DNA from: a virus
Reading direction: 5' to 3' (one strand)
Length of the DNA: 64,000 nucleotides
Virus record (IMG/VR): IMGVR_UViG_3300026263_000200
Below are positions 8,850-18,877 of the stretch, piece by piece. Positions within the stretch are counted from its first letter, which is position 1. Every line of letters starts with the position of its first letter. The notes beneath the pieces are model-generated. The model was given only the letters and a program-made list of their open reading frames with translations. It did not search any database and had not been told where the DNA came from. Made by a program: the position numbers and the translations under genes.

Positions 8850-11033
8850 ATGAAACTATTTCATAATCCTTGGGAAAAATGGGCGATAATAATTTGTGTT
8901 ACTGTATTATTAGTATTAGGAATATCATCAGCTAAATCTCAAATAACAAGTCCAAAAGTTGGCGAAGTCATAGGTCAAATGGGTACGACTTGGAATGAAA
9001 GAGAAGGATCAACTCAAAATACCTCAATGGGTTATGAGTTGCAGATGAATGACTTTTTACAAACAGGTGAAGATGGTGGTATGATATTATCTTATGTTGA
9101 TAATACTAAATTTACAATGGGACCAAATACAGAATTAACTATTGATGAATTTGCTTTTGATACTTCTGTTGTACCAATAGAAATTGCAATGAACATATCG
9201 GTTAATGTTGGTACATTTACATATGAATCAGGTCAAGTATCTACATTAGGTGGAGAAGTTAATATTAATGCTGGTAATGCTACAATTACAGTACAAGGTA
9301 CTGCTTTTTCAGGTACGGTAACATCTTCAGGTCAAGCAACTATTACTTTGTTGCCAGATAGTTCTGGTGCAGTAGGACAAGTAACTGTATCCAATGACGC
9401 AGGTTCTCAAACAATAACTAACGCTTACAATTCAGTAACCGTTTTATCAAATGACTTAGCACCAACACCTCCAAAAATAGAAACTAATAAACAAGATATT
9501 ATTGAGTTAGATGAATTTGAAGAAGAAATAAAAGATGAAAGTCAAAAACATTTTGGTGATATGGATTCAAAATCTGAAATGTCTAAAGAAGAATCTGAAG
9601 CACAGGAGATGGAAGAGGCAATCATAAATGAAGAAGTAAGTATAGTAGAAGATAGTAATACAATTGTTGCTACAGATTTATCAGTTGGTGAAACAGACGC
9701 AATAGTTGAAACAAAATCAGCAGAAGAAACAGCATTAGTTGAAATAGAAGAAGTTGATACATCTTATTATGACGAATGGGAAAGTGATTTAAAAGATTGG
9801 GGTTATATAGATGAAGATAACCAGATTTCAGTTTGGGATGCCGAAGGTGAAAAAACTATGGATTGGGATGACGCAAAGAAAATGTATGCAGAAATGGATC
9901 AAGCATACTTTGACGCCATTGGTTGTTCAGATTGTACTTGGGATACTATTGATTGGGATACTATTGATTGGGATGAGGTAGATTGGGATGCTTATTCTGA
10001 CAAGTATAATGAACTATTAGAAGACTATGGTTTAACTTCTTGGAATGTAGAAGTAGAAGAGCAAGATGTAGTTGAAGATACAAAAGATGAAACAGAAGTA
10101 CAAGCAATTGAAGGATATACTTGGGAAGATTTTGCTTTAGATGATGACTACTATAACAATGCAGAATACAAAGCACAAGGTGGACCTCCAACATTAACTG
10201 TACAAAACTATTGTGAGTACAATGGATACGAAGACTACTGGTGCAACCAAGACTATGTTGATTACTTAAATGACTGGTACAAAGATGACTGGACTTTAAA
10301 AGTAACCAATGATAGTTGGACTAAAGAATCTAAAAAGATATTTGGTAAATTATATGGTTGGTGTGGATCGTGGCCGAATTATAAAATGTGTGATGACCAA
10401 CCTAAACCCTGGAAGATGAAAGACTTAAAGAAGACTTACATAACTGATTGGGAGTGGGCAGATTGGGACACATATTGGGACGCATTATACGATTGGTGGT
10501 ACACAGGTTACGATTACAATAATGAAGATGATGAGACCAATTGGGAAGATGAATATTCTTATGAAGATGACTATGATATAGACGCAGAATTAGAATTATT
10601 ATTAGCAAGTTATGATGAAGAAGAGTGTTTAAAATATGGATACTATTGGGACAATGCTAATCAATCTTGTGGTAGTGAATGGGTTGATAACGAAGGTAAT
10701 GAAACTTCGGTAACTGCTAGTGGTGAAACATTAAACTACTCTACTGGAGATGTAACTCAAACTCTAACTACAACAGATGGAGTAACAGGTGCGACTTCAA
10801 GTGCAACTTCCACTGGAAGAGTATCAACATTAGGCAATGATTTTGACGCAGATTCAAGTACAAGTGGCGATTACACAATCATAAATAGATATAACGATAA
10901 TCATAGAGCATATGTAAAGACTGAAACGAGTAAAGAGGCAGATATTCAGATTTTACAAGATAAAGAAGCTCAACACCTTGACGTAGGAAATTCTTCTACA
11001 CAAAATAATATTACAGTAATACAAACGGATTAA
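8850..11033 (+). CDS. FecR-domain secreted protein with a long acidic Trp/Tyr-rich region
   Basis: Signal/TM; FecR motifs (DFLQTGEDG, DNTKFTMGPNTELTIDEF, ATITVQGTAF); C-terminal curlin-like strands (ADIQILQD, NNITVIQTD). Confidence 0.8.
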   Translation: MKLFHNPWEKWAIIICVTVLLVLGISSAKSQITSPKVGEVIGQMGTTWNEREGSTQNTSMGYELQMNDFLQTGEDGGMILSYVDNTKFTMGPNTELTIDEFAFDTSVVPIEIAMNISVNVGTFTYESGQVSTLGGEVNINAGNATITVQGTAFSGTVTSSGQATITLLPDSSGAVGQVTVSNDAGSQTITNAYNSVTVLSNDLAPTPPKIETNKQDIIELDEFEEEIKDESQKHFGDMDSKSEMSKEESEAQEMEEAIINEEVSIVEDSNTIVATDLSVGETDAIVETKSAEETALVEIEEVDTSYYDEWESDLKDWGYIDEDNQISVWDAEGEKTMDWDDAKKMYAEMDQAYFDAIGCSDCTWDTIDWDTIDWDEVDWDAYSDKYNELLEDYGLTSWNVEVEEQDVVEDTKDETEVQAIEGYTWEDFALDDDYYNNAEYKAQGGPPTLTVQNYCEYNGYEDYWCNQDYVDYLNDWYKDDWTLKVTNDSWTKESKKIFGKLYGWCGSWPNYKMCDDQPKPWKMKDLKKTYITDWEWADWDTYWDALYDWWYTGYDYNNEDDETNWEDEYSYEDDYDIDAELELLLASYDEEECLKYGYYWDNANQSCGSEWVDNEGNETSVTASGETLNYSTGDVTQTLTTTDGVTGATSSATSTGRVSTLGNDFDADSSTSGDYTIINRYNDNHRAYVKTETSKEADIQILQDKEAQHLDVGNSSTQNNITVIQTD
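9939..9989 (+). repeat. 15-nt coding tandem repeat (WDTID)n
   Basis: TGGGATACTATTGAT x2, then TGGGATGAGGTAGAT and TGGGAT. Confidence 0.8.
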
Positions 11034-11035
11034 AT

Positions 11036-11128
11036 ATGGACTACGGAACTATCACTCTATTCTTAATATTTGGAATACTTATCTATATGAATTGGTCTAT
11101 TTACAGATGGATAGATAGAGAATTTTAA
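11036..11128 (+). CDS. small TM peptide (30 aa)
   Basis: MDYGTITLFLIFGILIYMNWSIYRWIDREF; coupled to the next gene. Confidence 0.45.
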   Translation: MDYGTITLFLIFGILIYMNWSIYRWIDREF

Positions 11129-11541
11129 TGCCTGATTTACAAGTAGATATAGCAAAACTCAAAAAAGACATAGAACAAGTCAATAATATCAATATACGTT
11201 TAGACACAGCAATAGACAAATTAACAGATGTATCAACATCTATTAAGTCTATGTTGGCGGTACACTCCGAAAAGATTGCTAGACAAGAACAAGTTGATGA
11301 AATTATATTTGAAAAATTGAAAGAAAGAGCAGGTGAAATTGACAATGTACATAGAGAATTAACTAGAGAAATAGAACAAAGTGAAAGACGTTTATTATTA
11401 GAAATTAAAGCAATAAGAAACGATATTGGTGCTAGAGTTGGTATGTTAGAAAAATATAGATGGATTATATTAGGTGCTGCTATAGTAATAGGATGGATAG
11501 TATCTGGCAATTTCTCCGAAATTGTTAGGATGATGAGCTAA
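11128..11541 (+). CDS. coiled-coil protein with a C-terminal TM
   Basis: Heptads followed by LEKYRWIILGAAIVIGWIV. Confidence 0.7.
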   Translation: MPDLQVDIAKLKKDIEQVNNINIRLDTAIDKLTDVSTSIKSMLAVHSEKIARQEQVDEIIFEKLKERAGEIDNVHRELTREIEQSERRLLLEIKAIRNDIGARVGMLEKYRWIILGAAIVIGWIVSGNFSEIVRMMS

Positions 11542-11563
11542 TAGGATACTCGTAGGTTTTACC

Positions 11564-11590
11564 CCTGGAAAACACCCAGGCATTTTTTTT
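11564..11590 (+). terminator. probable Rho-independent terminator
   Basis: CCTGG-N7-CCAGG followed by CA and T8. Confidence 0.55.
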
Positions 11591-11614
11591 GTTCAGGACC
11601 TTTTTCGTACAGAC

Positions 11615-11643
11615 TTGACTATTTTCGTGAAATGGTGTATATT
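11615..11643 (+). promoter_or_regulatory. sigma70-type promoter for the primase-nrd operon
   Basis: TTGACT-N17-TATATT. Confidence 0.7.
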
Positions 11644-11656
11644 ATGAGATAGTGTT

Positions 11657-12652
11657 ATGTCAAGTTTTATAGATTTAAAGTATATTAATGCTATCTCTTC
11701 AGCATTAAGTCAGTTTAAAAAGAAGACAGATTATCTTTTCAATTTCAGGTGTCCACATTGTGGAGACTCGCAGAAGAGTAAGACTAAAGCAAGAGCATAT
11801 CTTTATAGAGTAAAAAATGATATGTTCTTTAAATGCCACAATTGTGGTATGGGTCAGAATTTAGCAAATTTCATTAAATTCTTGGATCCTAAAAAATACG
11901 GAGAATACTTATTAGAGAGATACAAAGGATCGGCACCTTCCACGCCCCAACCTAAATTTGACTTTAAACCCACAAAATTTAAAGAAACAAATTTACTAGA
12001 TTCTTGTATTAAAGTAAGTACGTTAAAAGACGGACATCCTGTAAAGGAGTACGTAAAGAAAAGATTGATACCTCCACAATATTATGATATAATTTATTTT
12101 GTTGACAAATTTCATAATTTTGCCAATAAAGTGAAACCAGGAACTTTTAAAGAAAAATATGAACACCCTAGATTAATTATTCCTTTCTTTGATGTAACTG
12201 GTAAGTTGTTTGCATTTCAAGGCAGAGCATTTGGAAAAGAACAACCAAAATATATTACTATTAAACTTGATGAATCAAAACAAAAAGTATATGGACTTGA
12301 ACGTGTAAATTATCAAAAACATATTTACATAGTTGAAGGTCCACTTGATAGTTTGTTTTTAGATAATTGTTTAGCAGCAGGTGGTGCTGACTTAACATTG
12401 AGAGTGTCAAGTGACCAAGTTACATATATATTTGACAACGAACCTCGTAATAAAGAAATCATAAAAAGGATGTACGCAGTAGTTGAAAAGGATTATAATG
12501 TAGTAGTCTGGCCAAATGATGTGCAACTTAAAGATGTAAATGAAATGATAATGAATGGAATGAAAATAAGTGAACTAAAAGATATCATAAGTAATAATAC
12601 ATTTAGCAAATTAGAGGCATTAACGAAATTAAACTATTATAAAAAATGTTAG
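11657..12652 (+). CDS. gp61: DNA primase (T4 gp61-like)
   Basis: Zn finger FRCPHCGDSQKSKTKAR...CHNCG; TOPRIM motifs IVEGPLDSLF and FDNEPRN. Confidence 0.95.
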   Translation: MSSFIDLKYINAISSALSQFKKKTDYLFNFRCPHCGDSQKSKTKARAYLYRVKNDMFFKCHNCGMGQNLANFIKFLDPKKYGEYLLERYKGSAPSTPQPKFDFKPTKFKETNLLDSCIKVSTLKDGHPVKEYVKKRLIPPQYYDIIYFVDKFHNFANKVKPGTFKEKYEHPRLIIPFFDVTGKLFAFQGRAFGKEQPKYITIKLDESKQKVYGLERVNYQKHIYIVEGPLDSLFLDNCLAAGGADLTLRVSSDQVTYIFDNEPRNKEIIKRMYAVVEKDYNVVVWPNDVQLKDVNEMIMNGMKISELKDIISNNTFSKLEALTKLNYYKKC

Positions 12653-12659
12653 GAGAAAG

Positions 12660-14975
12660 ATGGTGAACGAAAATATAAGTGTAGTGAAACGTAATGGAAG
12701 AGGTAAAGAATCTCTTAACATTGAGAAGATACATCAAATGGTAGAATATGCGTGTGAAGACATAACGCAAGTTTCTGCTTCTTCTGTAGAAATGAATAGT
12801 GGTCTACAATTTTATGATGGTATATCAACAAACGAAATTCAACAAATCTTAATCAAGTCAGCAAACGACTTAATCACTTTAGAAAATCCAAATTATCAAT
12901 ATGTTGCCGCTAGACTATTACTCTATAGTTTAAGAAAACAATTATTTCATAAAATGTGGGATCATCCACATATTTTTACACACGTACAAAATAATATAGA
13001 AAAGGGTATCTATGATAAAGATATTTTAAATTGGTATGATAAAAAAGATTTTGATAGAATGGAAAATTGGTTAAATCACGAAAGAGATTATACATTTACA
13101 TATGCAGGTTTAAGACAAGTTATTGATAAGTACCTAGTGCAAGATAGAAGTACAGGACAAATTTATGAAACTCCACAATTTATGTATATGATGATAGCTG
13201 CTACATTATTTTCACAATATCCAAAGAGTAAGAGGATGAGTTATGTTAAAAGATATTATGACGCAATTTCAAGATTTAAAATTAATATTCCAACGCCTGT
13301 TATGGCAGGTGTTAGAACTCCCATTAGGCAATATGCGAGTTGTGTATTGGTTGATGTTGATGATACTTTACCTAGTATTTTTTCTAGTGATATGGCGATA
13401 GGTAAGTATGTTGCTCAAAGAGCAGGTATTGGTATCAATGCAGGACGTATTAGAGGAATTAATTCACGTATTAGAGGTGGTGAAGTACAACACACAGGTG
13501 TTATACCATTTCTAAAAAAATTTGAGGCAACTGTTAAGTGTTGTACTCAAAATGGAGTACGTGGTGGTAGTGCAACGGTTCACTTCCCTATTTGGCACAA
13601 AGAAATAGAAGATATAATTGTTTTAAAAAATAATAAAGGTAGTGAAGATAATAGAGTTAGAAAATTAGATTACTCTATACAGTTATCAAAATTATTTTAT
13701 GAAAGATTTATTAATGATGAAGAGATAACTTTATTTTCACCACACGAAGTACCAGAACTTTATGAAGCGTGGGGATCAAAAGAATTTGATAAACTTTATG
13801 AAACGGCAGAAAGAAAAACAAGTGTTTGGAAACATAAAATCAAAGCACAGGACTTGTTTATGGCAATTTTAAAAGAAAGAGCAGAAACAGGTCGTATTTA
13901 CATTATGAATATAGACCATTGTAATACTCATTCCTCTTTTAAAGATAGAGTTTATATGTCTAACTTATGTCAAGAGATTACTTTACCTACAGACCCTATA
14001 AGTCATATAGATGGTAATGGAGAAATTGCATTATGTATTCTATCAGCAATTAATGTAGGACTTTTAAAAGATTTAGATGAATTAGAATCCTTATGCGATT
14101 TAGCAGTAAGGTCATTAGACGAAGTTATAGACCATCAAAAATATCCAGTTAGAGCGGCAGAAATTTCTACAAAAAATAGAAGAAGTTTAGGAATTGGATA
14201 TATTGGTCTTGCTCATTACTTAGCAACATTAGGACTTGGTTATGAAACTAAAACTGCTTGGAAAGAAGTAGATAAGTTATCAGAAGCATTCCAATATTAT
14301 CTATTAAGAGCAAGTAATGAATTAGCAAAAGAAAAGGGAAAATGTGAATCCTTTTCTAAAACAAAGTATTCAGATGGTATCTTACCAATTGACACCTACA
14401 AAAAAGAAGTTGATGAGATTGTATCTCGGAAACTTTCATATAAATGGGAAGACTTGAGGAAAGATATTAAGGAATTTGGGTTAAGACATAGCACACTCAC
14501 GGCTCAAATGCCTTCTGAAAGCTCTAGCGTGGTTTGTAATGCCACAAACGGCATTGAACCACCTAGAGATTATATTTCAGTTAAGAAGAGTAAGAAAGGT
14601 ACTTTAAAACAAGTTGTACCTGATTATAAAAGATTAAAAAATAATTATACATTGTTATGGGATATGAAATCTAACGAAGGATATATAAACATAGTAGCAG
14701 TAATGCAGAAATATTTTGACCAATCAATTAGTGGAAATTGGTCATATAATCCTGAAAATTATGATGAAGGAGAAATACCATTATCAATAATGGCAGAAGA
14801 TTTATTGACAACTTATAAGTTAGGATGGAAGACTTCTTATTATCAGAATACATATGATAGTAAAAGAGATATAGAGGAACCTGTACATCCTATTGGTTGG
14901 AAAGATGATGTACCAGAAGCAAAGACTATAATGGAGAAAAAAGACGAAGAAGAATGTGAAACCTGTGTAATTTAA
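12660..14975 (+). CDS. nrdA: ribonucleotide reductase class Ia alpha subunit
   Basis: ATP cone (VVKRNG); PTPVMAG; SNLCQEI; KTSYY; C-terminal CETC. Confidence 0.98.
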   Translation: MVNENISVVKRNGRGKESLNIEKIHQMVEYACEDITQVSASSVEMNSGLQFYDGISTNEIQQILIKSANDLITLENPNYQYVAARLLLYSLRKQLFHKMWDHPHIFTHVQNNIEKGIYDKDILNWYDKKDFDRMENWLNHERDYTFTYAGLRQVIDKYLVQDRSTGQIYETPQFMYMMIAATLFSQYPKSKRMSYVKRYYDAISRFKINIPTPVMAGVRTPIRQYASCVLVDVDDTLPSIFSSDMAIGKYVAQRAGIGINAGRIRGINSRIRGGEVQHTGVIPFLKKFEATVKCCTQNGVRGGSATVHFPIWHKEIEDIIVLKNNKGSEDNRVRKLDYSIQLSKLFYERFINDEEITLFSPHEVPELYEAWGSKEFDKLYETAERKTSVWKHKIKAQDLFMAILKERAETGRIYIMNIDHCNTHSSFKDRVYMSNLCQEITLPTDPISHIDGNGEIALCILSAINVGLLKDLDELESLCDLAVRSLDEVIDHQKYPVRAAEISTKNRRSLGIGYIGLAHYLATLGLGYETKTAWKEVDKLSEAFQYYLLRASNELAKEKGKCESFSKTKYSDGILPIDTYKKEVDEIVSRKLSYKWEDLRKDIKEFGLRHSTLTAQMPSESSSVVCNATNGIEPPRDYISVKKSKKGTLKQVVPDYKRLKNNYTLLWDMKSNEGYINIVAVMQKYFDQSISGNWSYNPENYDEGEIPLSIMAEDLLTTYKLGWKTSYYQNTYDSKRDIEEPVHPIGWKDDVPEAKTIMEKKDEEECETCVI

Positions 14976-14985
14976 AAGGAATTTT

Positions 14986-15657
14986 ATGGCATTTTTATGT
15001 GCAAATGTACCACATACGGAAGTACTAGTTAAAAAACAATACCTTTATGATTTTAAAAAAGGTCACGGAGAATTTGAACCAGGTATCTGGTGTACTGTTA
15101 AAAGTATTCAAGGTAGAGCATTATACTTTGAAACTTATTTGTATGAAACAGGAGCATTATATGATAAACTTCCTATATCAGCATTTGTATGGAAAAAGAC
15201 AAAAGAAGATATAACATTACCAGAATTACAATTATGGGATTGTTTTGATTATGATATTACTATTATTGAAAAACAATTAGTAAGTGGTAATAGATGTACG
15301 TTTCTATCACCAAGTAAGAAATTATATGAAGGAAATTATATGTTTAGTATAGATAGTTGTCGTGCAACAAACAAAGAACTTAATGTAGGGTATAGTGAAA
15401 CTCCTTCACAACATAAATCATTTAACATATTAAAATTAGATAATGGACATTTTGCTGCTCAACCTAATAATAGAGTTTTGTTTTATGATAAATCATTAAC
15501 CCCTAGTAAAGTAAAAGTGCCAGATTATAAAGTATCTACTATAGAGTATAGTGTAGATAATATGGATAAATGGACAGCAGGTGATAGTGATGAACACCAT
15601 TATGAGTTAACAGAATCAGAAAGATTACAGAAAGAATTAGAACCGATAAATGACTAA
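14986..15657 (+). CDS. conserved phage hypothetical protein between nrdA and nrdB
   Basis: GALYDKLPISAF, LQLWDCF, NGHFAAQPNNR; RBS AAAGGA. Confidence 0.7.
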   Translation: MAFLCANVPHTEVLVKKQYLYDFKKGHGEFEPGIWCTVKSIQGRALYFETYLYETGALYDKLPISAFVWKKTKEDITLPELQLWDCFDYDITIIEKQLVSGNRCTFLSPSKKLYEGNYMFSIDSCRATNKELNVGYSETPSQHKSFNILKLDNGHFAAQPNNRVLFYDKSLTPSKVKVPDYKVSTIEYSVDNMDKWTAGDSDEHHYELTESERLQKELEPIND

Positions 15658-16753
15658 AAGTGTATTCAATACAGATAAAAAGTTAGATTATACTAAACAA
15701 CCTATGTTTTTTGGTAAAGATTTACAGGTACAAAGATATGATGAATTAAAATATCCTATCTTTAATAAATTGTTTCAACAACAATTAGGTTATTTCTGGA
15801 GACCTGAAGAAGTATCTTTACAAAAAGATATATCAGATTATAAAGAATTAAATGAACAAGGTAAGTTTATATTTACATCTAATTTAAAATATCAAACAAT
15901 GATGGATAGTGTGCAAGGTAGAGGACCTGCTTTAGCATTTTTACCTTTTGTTTCAATACCTGAATTAGAGAGTTGTGTTCTTGCGTGGGACTTCTTTGAA
16001 AACATACACTCACACTCTTATACATATATCATAAAAAATTTATATTCAAATCCTAGTGAAGTTTTTGATACTATAATTACAGATGAAAAAATTGAAAAAA
16101 GAGCAATTAGTATAACACAAAGATATGATGATATGATTAATTTAGGTTATAAATGGCAACTAACACCAGATAAAGTTGATATGTATGAATTGAAAAAGAA
16201 ATTATATTTAACATTGATGACTGTTAATATATTAGAAGGATTAAGATTTTATGTTTCTTTTGCGTGTTCGTTTGCATTTGGAGAACTAAAAATGTTAGAA
16301 GGTTCTGCTAAAATACTTTCTTTAATTGCAAGGGATGAAACTTTGCATTTATCAATCACACAAAGAATACTTAATAACTATCGTGATAATGAAAACGATA
16401 AAATTATGGATAAAGTGATTAAAGATTCAGAAAAAGAAGTTTATACAATGTATGAAAATGCAGTAGGACAAGAGAAACGTTGGGCAACTTATTTGTTCTC
16501 TAAAGGTTCTATGATAGGACTTTCAGAAAAACTATTACACCAATTTGTAGAGTATATGGCAAATAGACGTATGAGAGCAATAGGATTAGAACCAAGATAC
16601 GACCAAAAAGTAAATCCATTACCTTGGGTTGACCATTGGTTAAATAGTAGGTCATTACAAAATGCACCACAGGAAACAGAAATTGAAAGTTATGTTATAG
16701 GCGGAATTAAACAAGATGTACAAAAGGATCAGTTTAAAAAATTTAAATTATAA
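15650..16753 (+). CDS. nrdB: ribonucleotide reductase class Ia beta subunit
   Basis: FWRPEEV, DSVQGRGP, ENIHSHSY, LEGLRFYVSF, RDETLH, APQETE. Confidence 0.98.
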   Translation: MTKSVFNTDKKLDYTKQPMFFGKDLQVQRYDELKYPIFNKLFQQQLGYFWRPEEVSLQKDISDYKELNEQGKFIFTSNLKYQTMMDSVQGRGPALAFLPFVSIPELESCVLAWDFFENIHSHSYTYIIKNLYSNPSEVFDTIITDEKIEKRAISITQRYDDMINLGYKWQLTPDKVDMYELKKKLYLTLMTVNILEGLRFYVSFACSFAFGELKMLEGSAKILSLIARDETLHLSITQRILNNYRDNENDKIMDKVIKDSEKEVYTMYENAVGQEKRWATYLFSKGSMIGLSEKLLHQFVEYMANRRMRAIGLEPRYDQKVNPLPWVDHWLNSRSLQNAPQETEIESYVIGGIKQDVQKDQFKKFKL

Positions 16754-16765
16754 TACATATATATT

Positions 16766-16951
16766 ATGGACGAAGAGATAGGAAAGAGCATTAGGTTTAG
16801 TTGTGATAATTGTAAGGTAAGTTACACAATAAAATATGACGAAGACGAAACAGATATGAAACCTGAGTCTTGTCCATTTTGTAGTTATGAAGTAGAAGAA
16901 GAAGATGAAAATGAAGTTGGAGATGAAAATGAAGAAACTAGTTGGGATTGA
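16766..16951 (+). CDS. small Zn-ribbon protein with an acidic tail
   Basis: CDNC...CPFC. Confidence 0.7.
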   Translation: MDEEIGKSIRFSCDNCKVSYTIKYDEDETDMKPESCPFCSYEVEEEDENEVGDENEETSWD

Positions 16952-17486
16952 TTATAGTTTAACAAGTCCTGCCATATGTGTTACAGATAACTTTAAGTTT
17001 GAATATAGTCATTTTTATTTTCTTACTAATAAGAAAAAACATATGGGCAAATTTGGTAATATAATTGGTTATGAACATCAACCGTGGACAGACCCTATCC
17101 AAAGATTTACTCAAATTTCTGATTGGGTTTTAAAAGTCTTAAAATTAAATCACTCTAAAGACAATATAGATACACTAGCAATAGCAATAGAAAACTATTC
17201 TTATGGTTCTAAAGGTCAAGCATTATTTCAAATAGCAGAAAATTGTGGCATACTTAAATATAGATTAGCAGAACAAAAATACAAATATAGTGTTATTGTA
17301 CCAAGTGTTGTTAAGAAATTTGCTACAGGTAAAGGTAATGCAGATAAAGAAATGATGTACGAACAATTTTGTAAAGATACAAAAACAGATTTAAAGAAGT
17401 TATTAGATACAGCAAAGGCAGGTAATCCAGTATCAGATATAGTTGATAGTTGGTATATAGCAAAGGCACATTATGGGCGACTTTAA
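16905..17486 (+). CDS. RuvC-like Holliday junction resolvase (real start probably 16923 or 16929)
   Basis: VGIDYSLTSP, IENYSY, PSVVKKFATGKGNADK, DIVDS. Confidence 0.85.
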   Translation: MKMKLEMKMKKLVGIDYSLTSPAICVTDNFKFEYSHFYFLTNKKKHMGKFGNIIGYEHQPWTDPIQRFTQISDWVLKVLKLNHSKDNIDTLAIAIENYSYGSKGQALFQIAENCGILKYRLAEQKYKYSVIVPSVVKKFATGKGNADKEMMYEQFCKDTKTDLKKLLDTAKAGNPVSDIVDSWYIAKAHYGRL

Positions 17487-17790
17487 AATATTAATACTTG
17501 CATATTTAATTGGGCATAGTCCAATAGAAACACAACAAACTTTTCAAATGGAAGGTTGGTATAAAAGTATGGAAGAGTGTAAAAAAGAATTACTTTTACA
17601 AAAACCAGATGGAAGATACGAAGTGATGAACGAGTTTGTTGTAGATGGAGAGTTTAAATGGGATTGGTTAGTTGCAGGTTGCAAAAGTGATACAACAGGA
17701 GAAGAATTCCAGATTTGGCCAAGTTATCCTAAAGGCAAACCAAAGGAGTTAGAAGGCATTGAGTTTGATGTTTTTGAATTACAAGTATGA
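17473..17790 (+). CDS. hypothetical protein
   Basis: ORF track; overlaps neighbours. Confidence 0.6.
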   Translation: MGDFKILILAYLIGHSPIETQQTFQMEGWYKSMEECKKELLLQKPDGRYEVMNEFVVDGEFKWDWLVAGCKSDTTGEEFQIWPSYPKGKPKELEGIEFDVFELQV

Positions 17791-18230
17791 AATTATTAAA
17801 AGCAAGACAATATGTAACCTGTCAACACGCACCATTAAAAGGAATAAAACCTAAAGTTACAATAGTGCCTGTTAAAGATATAATGTTAACTGCTGATTAT
17901 GAATGGATGATAAAAAGATATCCTGCTTTTAAAACTAGTATTGAAAGTGCAGGTATGAAGTTTCCTATTATCTATACAGATTTAGAACATTATTGGTTGA
18001 AAAGAAGATGGAAGAAAGACGAAGAAGGAAATTGTATACCTGGTTTATCAGTACACACAGGTAATAAAAGAGTGTATTGGGCAAAGAGAAATGGGTTTAC
18101 CCATATAGAAGGATACTTTGTTAATAATAAAGATGAACAAGCGGCAATAGTTAGACAAACATTTTTAGCACCTGCTAGTTTTCCAACTACAAATGCTCGT
18201 GCATACCAAGAGGAGGTTAATAAAATATGA
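17787..18230 (+). CDS. ParB/Srx-like fold protein
   Basis: SIESAGMKFPII...GNKRVYWAKRNGFTHI. Confidence 0.5.
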   Translation: MKLLKARQYVTCQHAPLKGIKPKVTIVPVKDIMLTADYEWMIKRYPAFKTSIESAGMKFPIIYTDLEHYWLKRRWKKDEEGNCIPGLSVHTGNKRVYWAKRNGFTHIEGYFVNNKDEQAAIVRQTFLAPASFPTTNARAYQEEVNKI

Positions 18231-18877
18231 CTTTACCAGAATTAGCAAATTTTAAACCAGATGAATTAGACAATTTTGCTCAAAATAATTTTATGGTATA
18301 TAATTGGGCAATGCCAGTTGAAGATTGTAAAATGATTATTGAGAAATTTGAACAGGTAGTTAAATATGATATGTCCCAGGTAGATACATTTAAAACTGGT
18401 CATAAAGAATTTACAGAAATAGATATAGACAAATATGGTGATTCAGATTTTTGGAGAGAACCTAAAAAGAAATTTATTGCAATGATTAAAGAATATAAAG
18501 CAAGATTTATGAAAAATTTGAGTATTAAAGATTTAGATTTTCCACCAGTAATAGATATGGAAAATATAAGAATAAAAAAATATATGCCTAATGACAAAGA
18601 CCAATTTAAAGTCCACGTAGATGTTGTTCGTTCTATGGGTGATTCAGCTAAAAGATTTTTAGTTTTTGTATTATATCTTAATGATGTTGAACAAGGTGGT
18701 CATACATTGTTTCCAAAACCTAATATATGGGTAAAACCAAGAGCAGGAAGATTGTTAGTATTTCCACCCTTTTGGACTCACCCACACGCAGGATTAAAAC
18801 CATTAAGTGGTCCAAAATATATTATGATGTCTTATTTACATTATGGGGACGCAGAAGATCCGAGGTATAAAAAATAA
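18227..18877 (+). CDS. 2OG-Fe(II) oxygenase (prolyl 4-hydroxylase-like)
   Basis: HVD, YLNDVEQGGHT, FPPFWTHPH, KYI. Confidence 0.9.
   Translation: MTLPELANFKPDELDNFAQNNFMVYNWAMPVEDCKMIIEKFEQVVKYDMSQVDTFKTGHKEFTEIDIDKYGDSDFWREPKKKFIAMIKEYKARFMKNLSIKDLDFPPVIDMENIRIKKYMPNDKDQFKVHVDVVRSMGDSAKRFLVFVLYLNDVEQGGHTLFPKPNIWVKPRAGRLLVFPPFWTHPHAGLKPLSGPKYIMMSYLHYGDAEDPRYKK

Noticed and set aside
12660-16753. Introns or inteins in nrdA/nrdB
   Set aside because: Both frames are continuous and of normal length.
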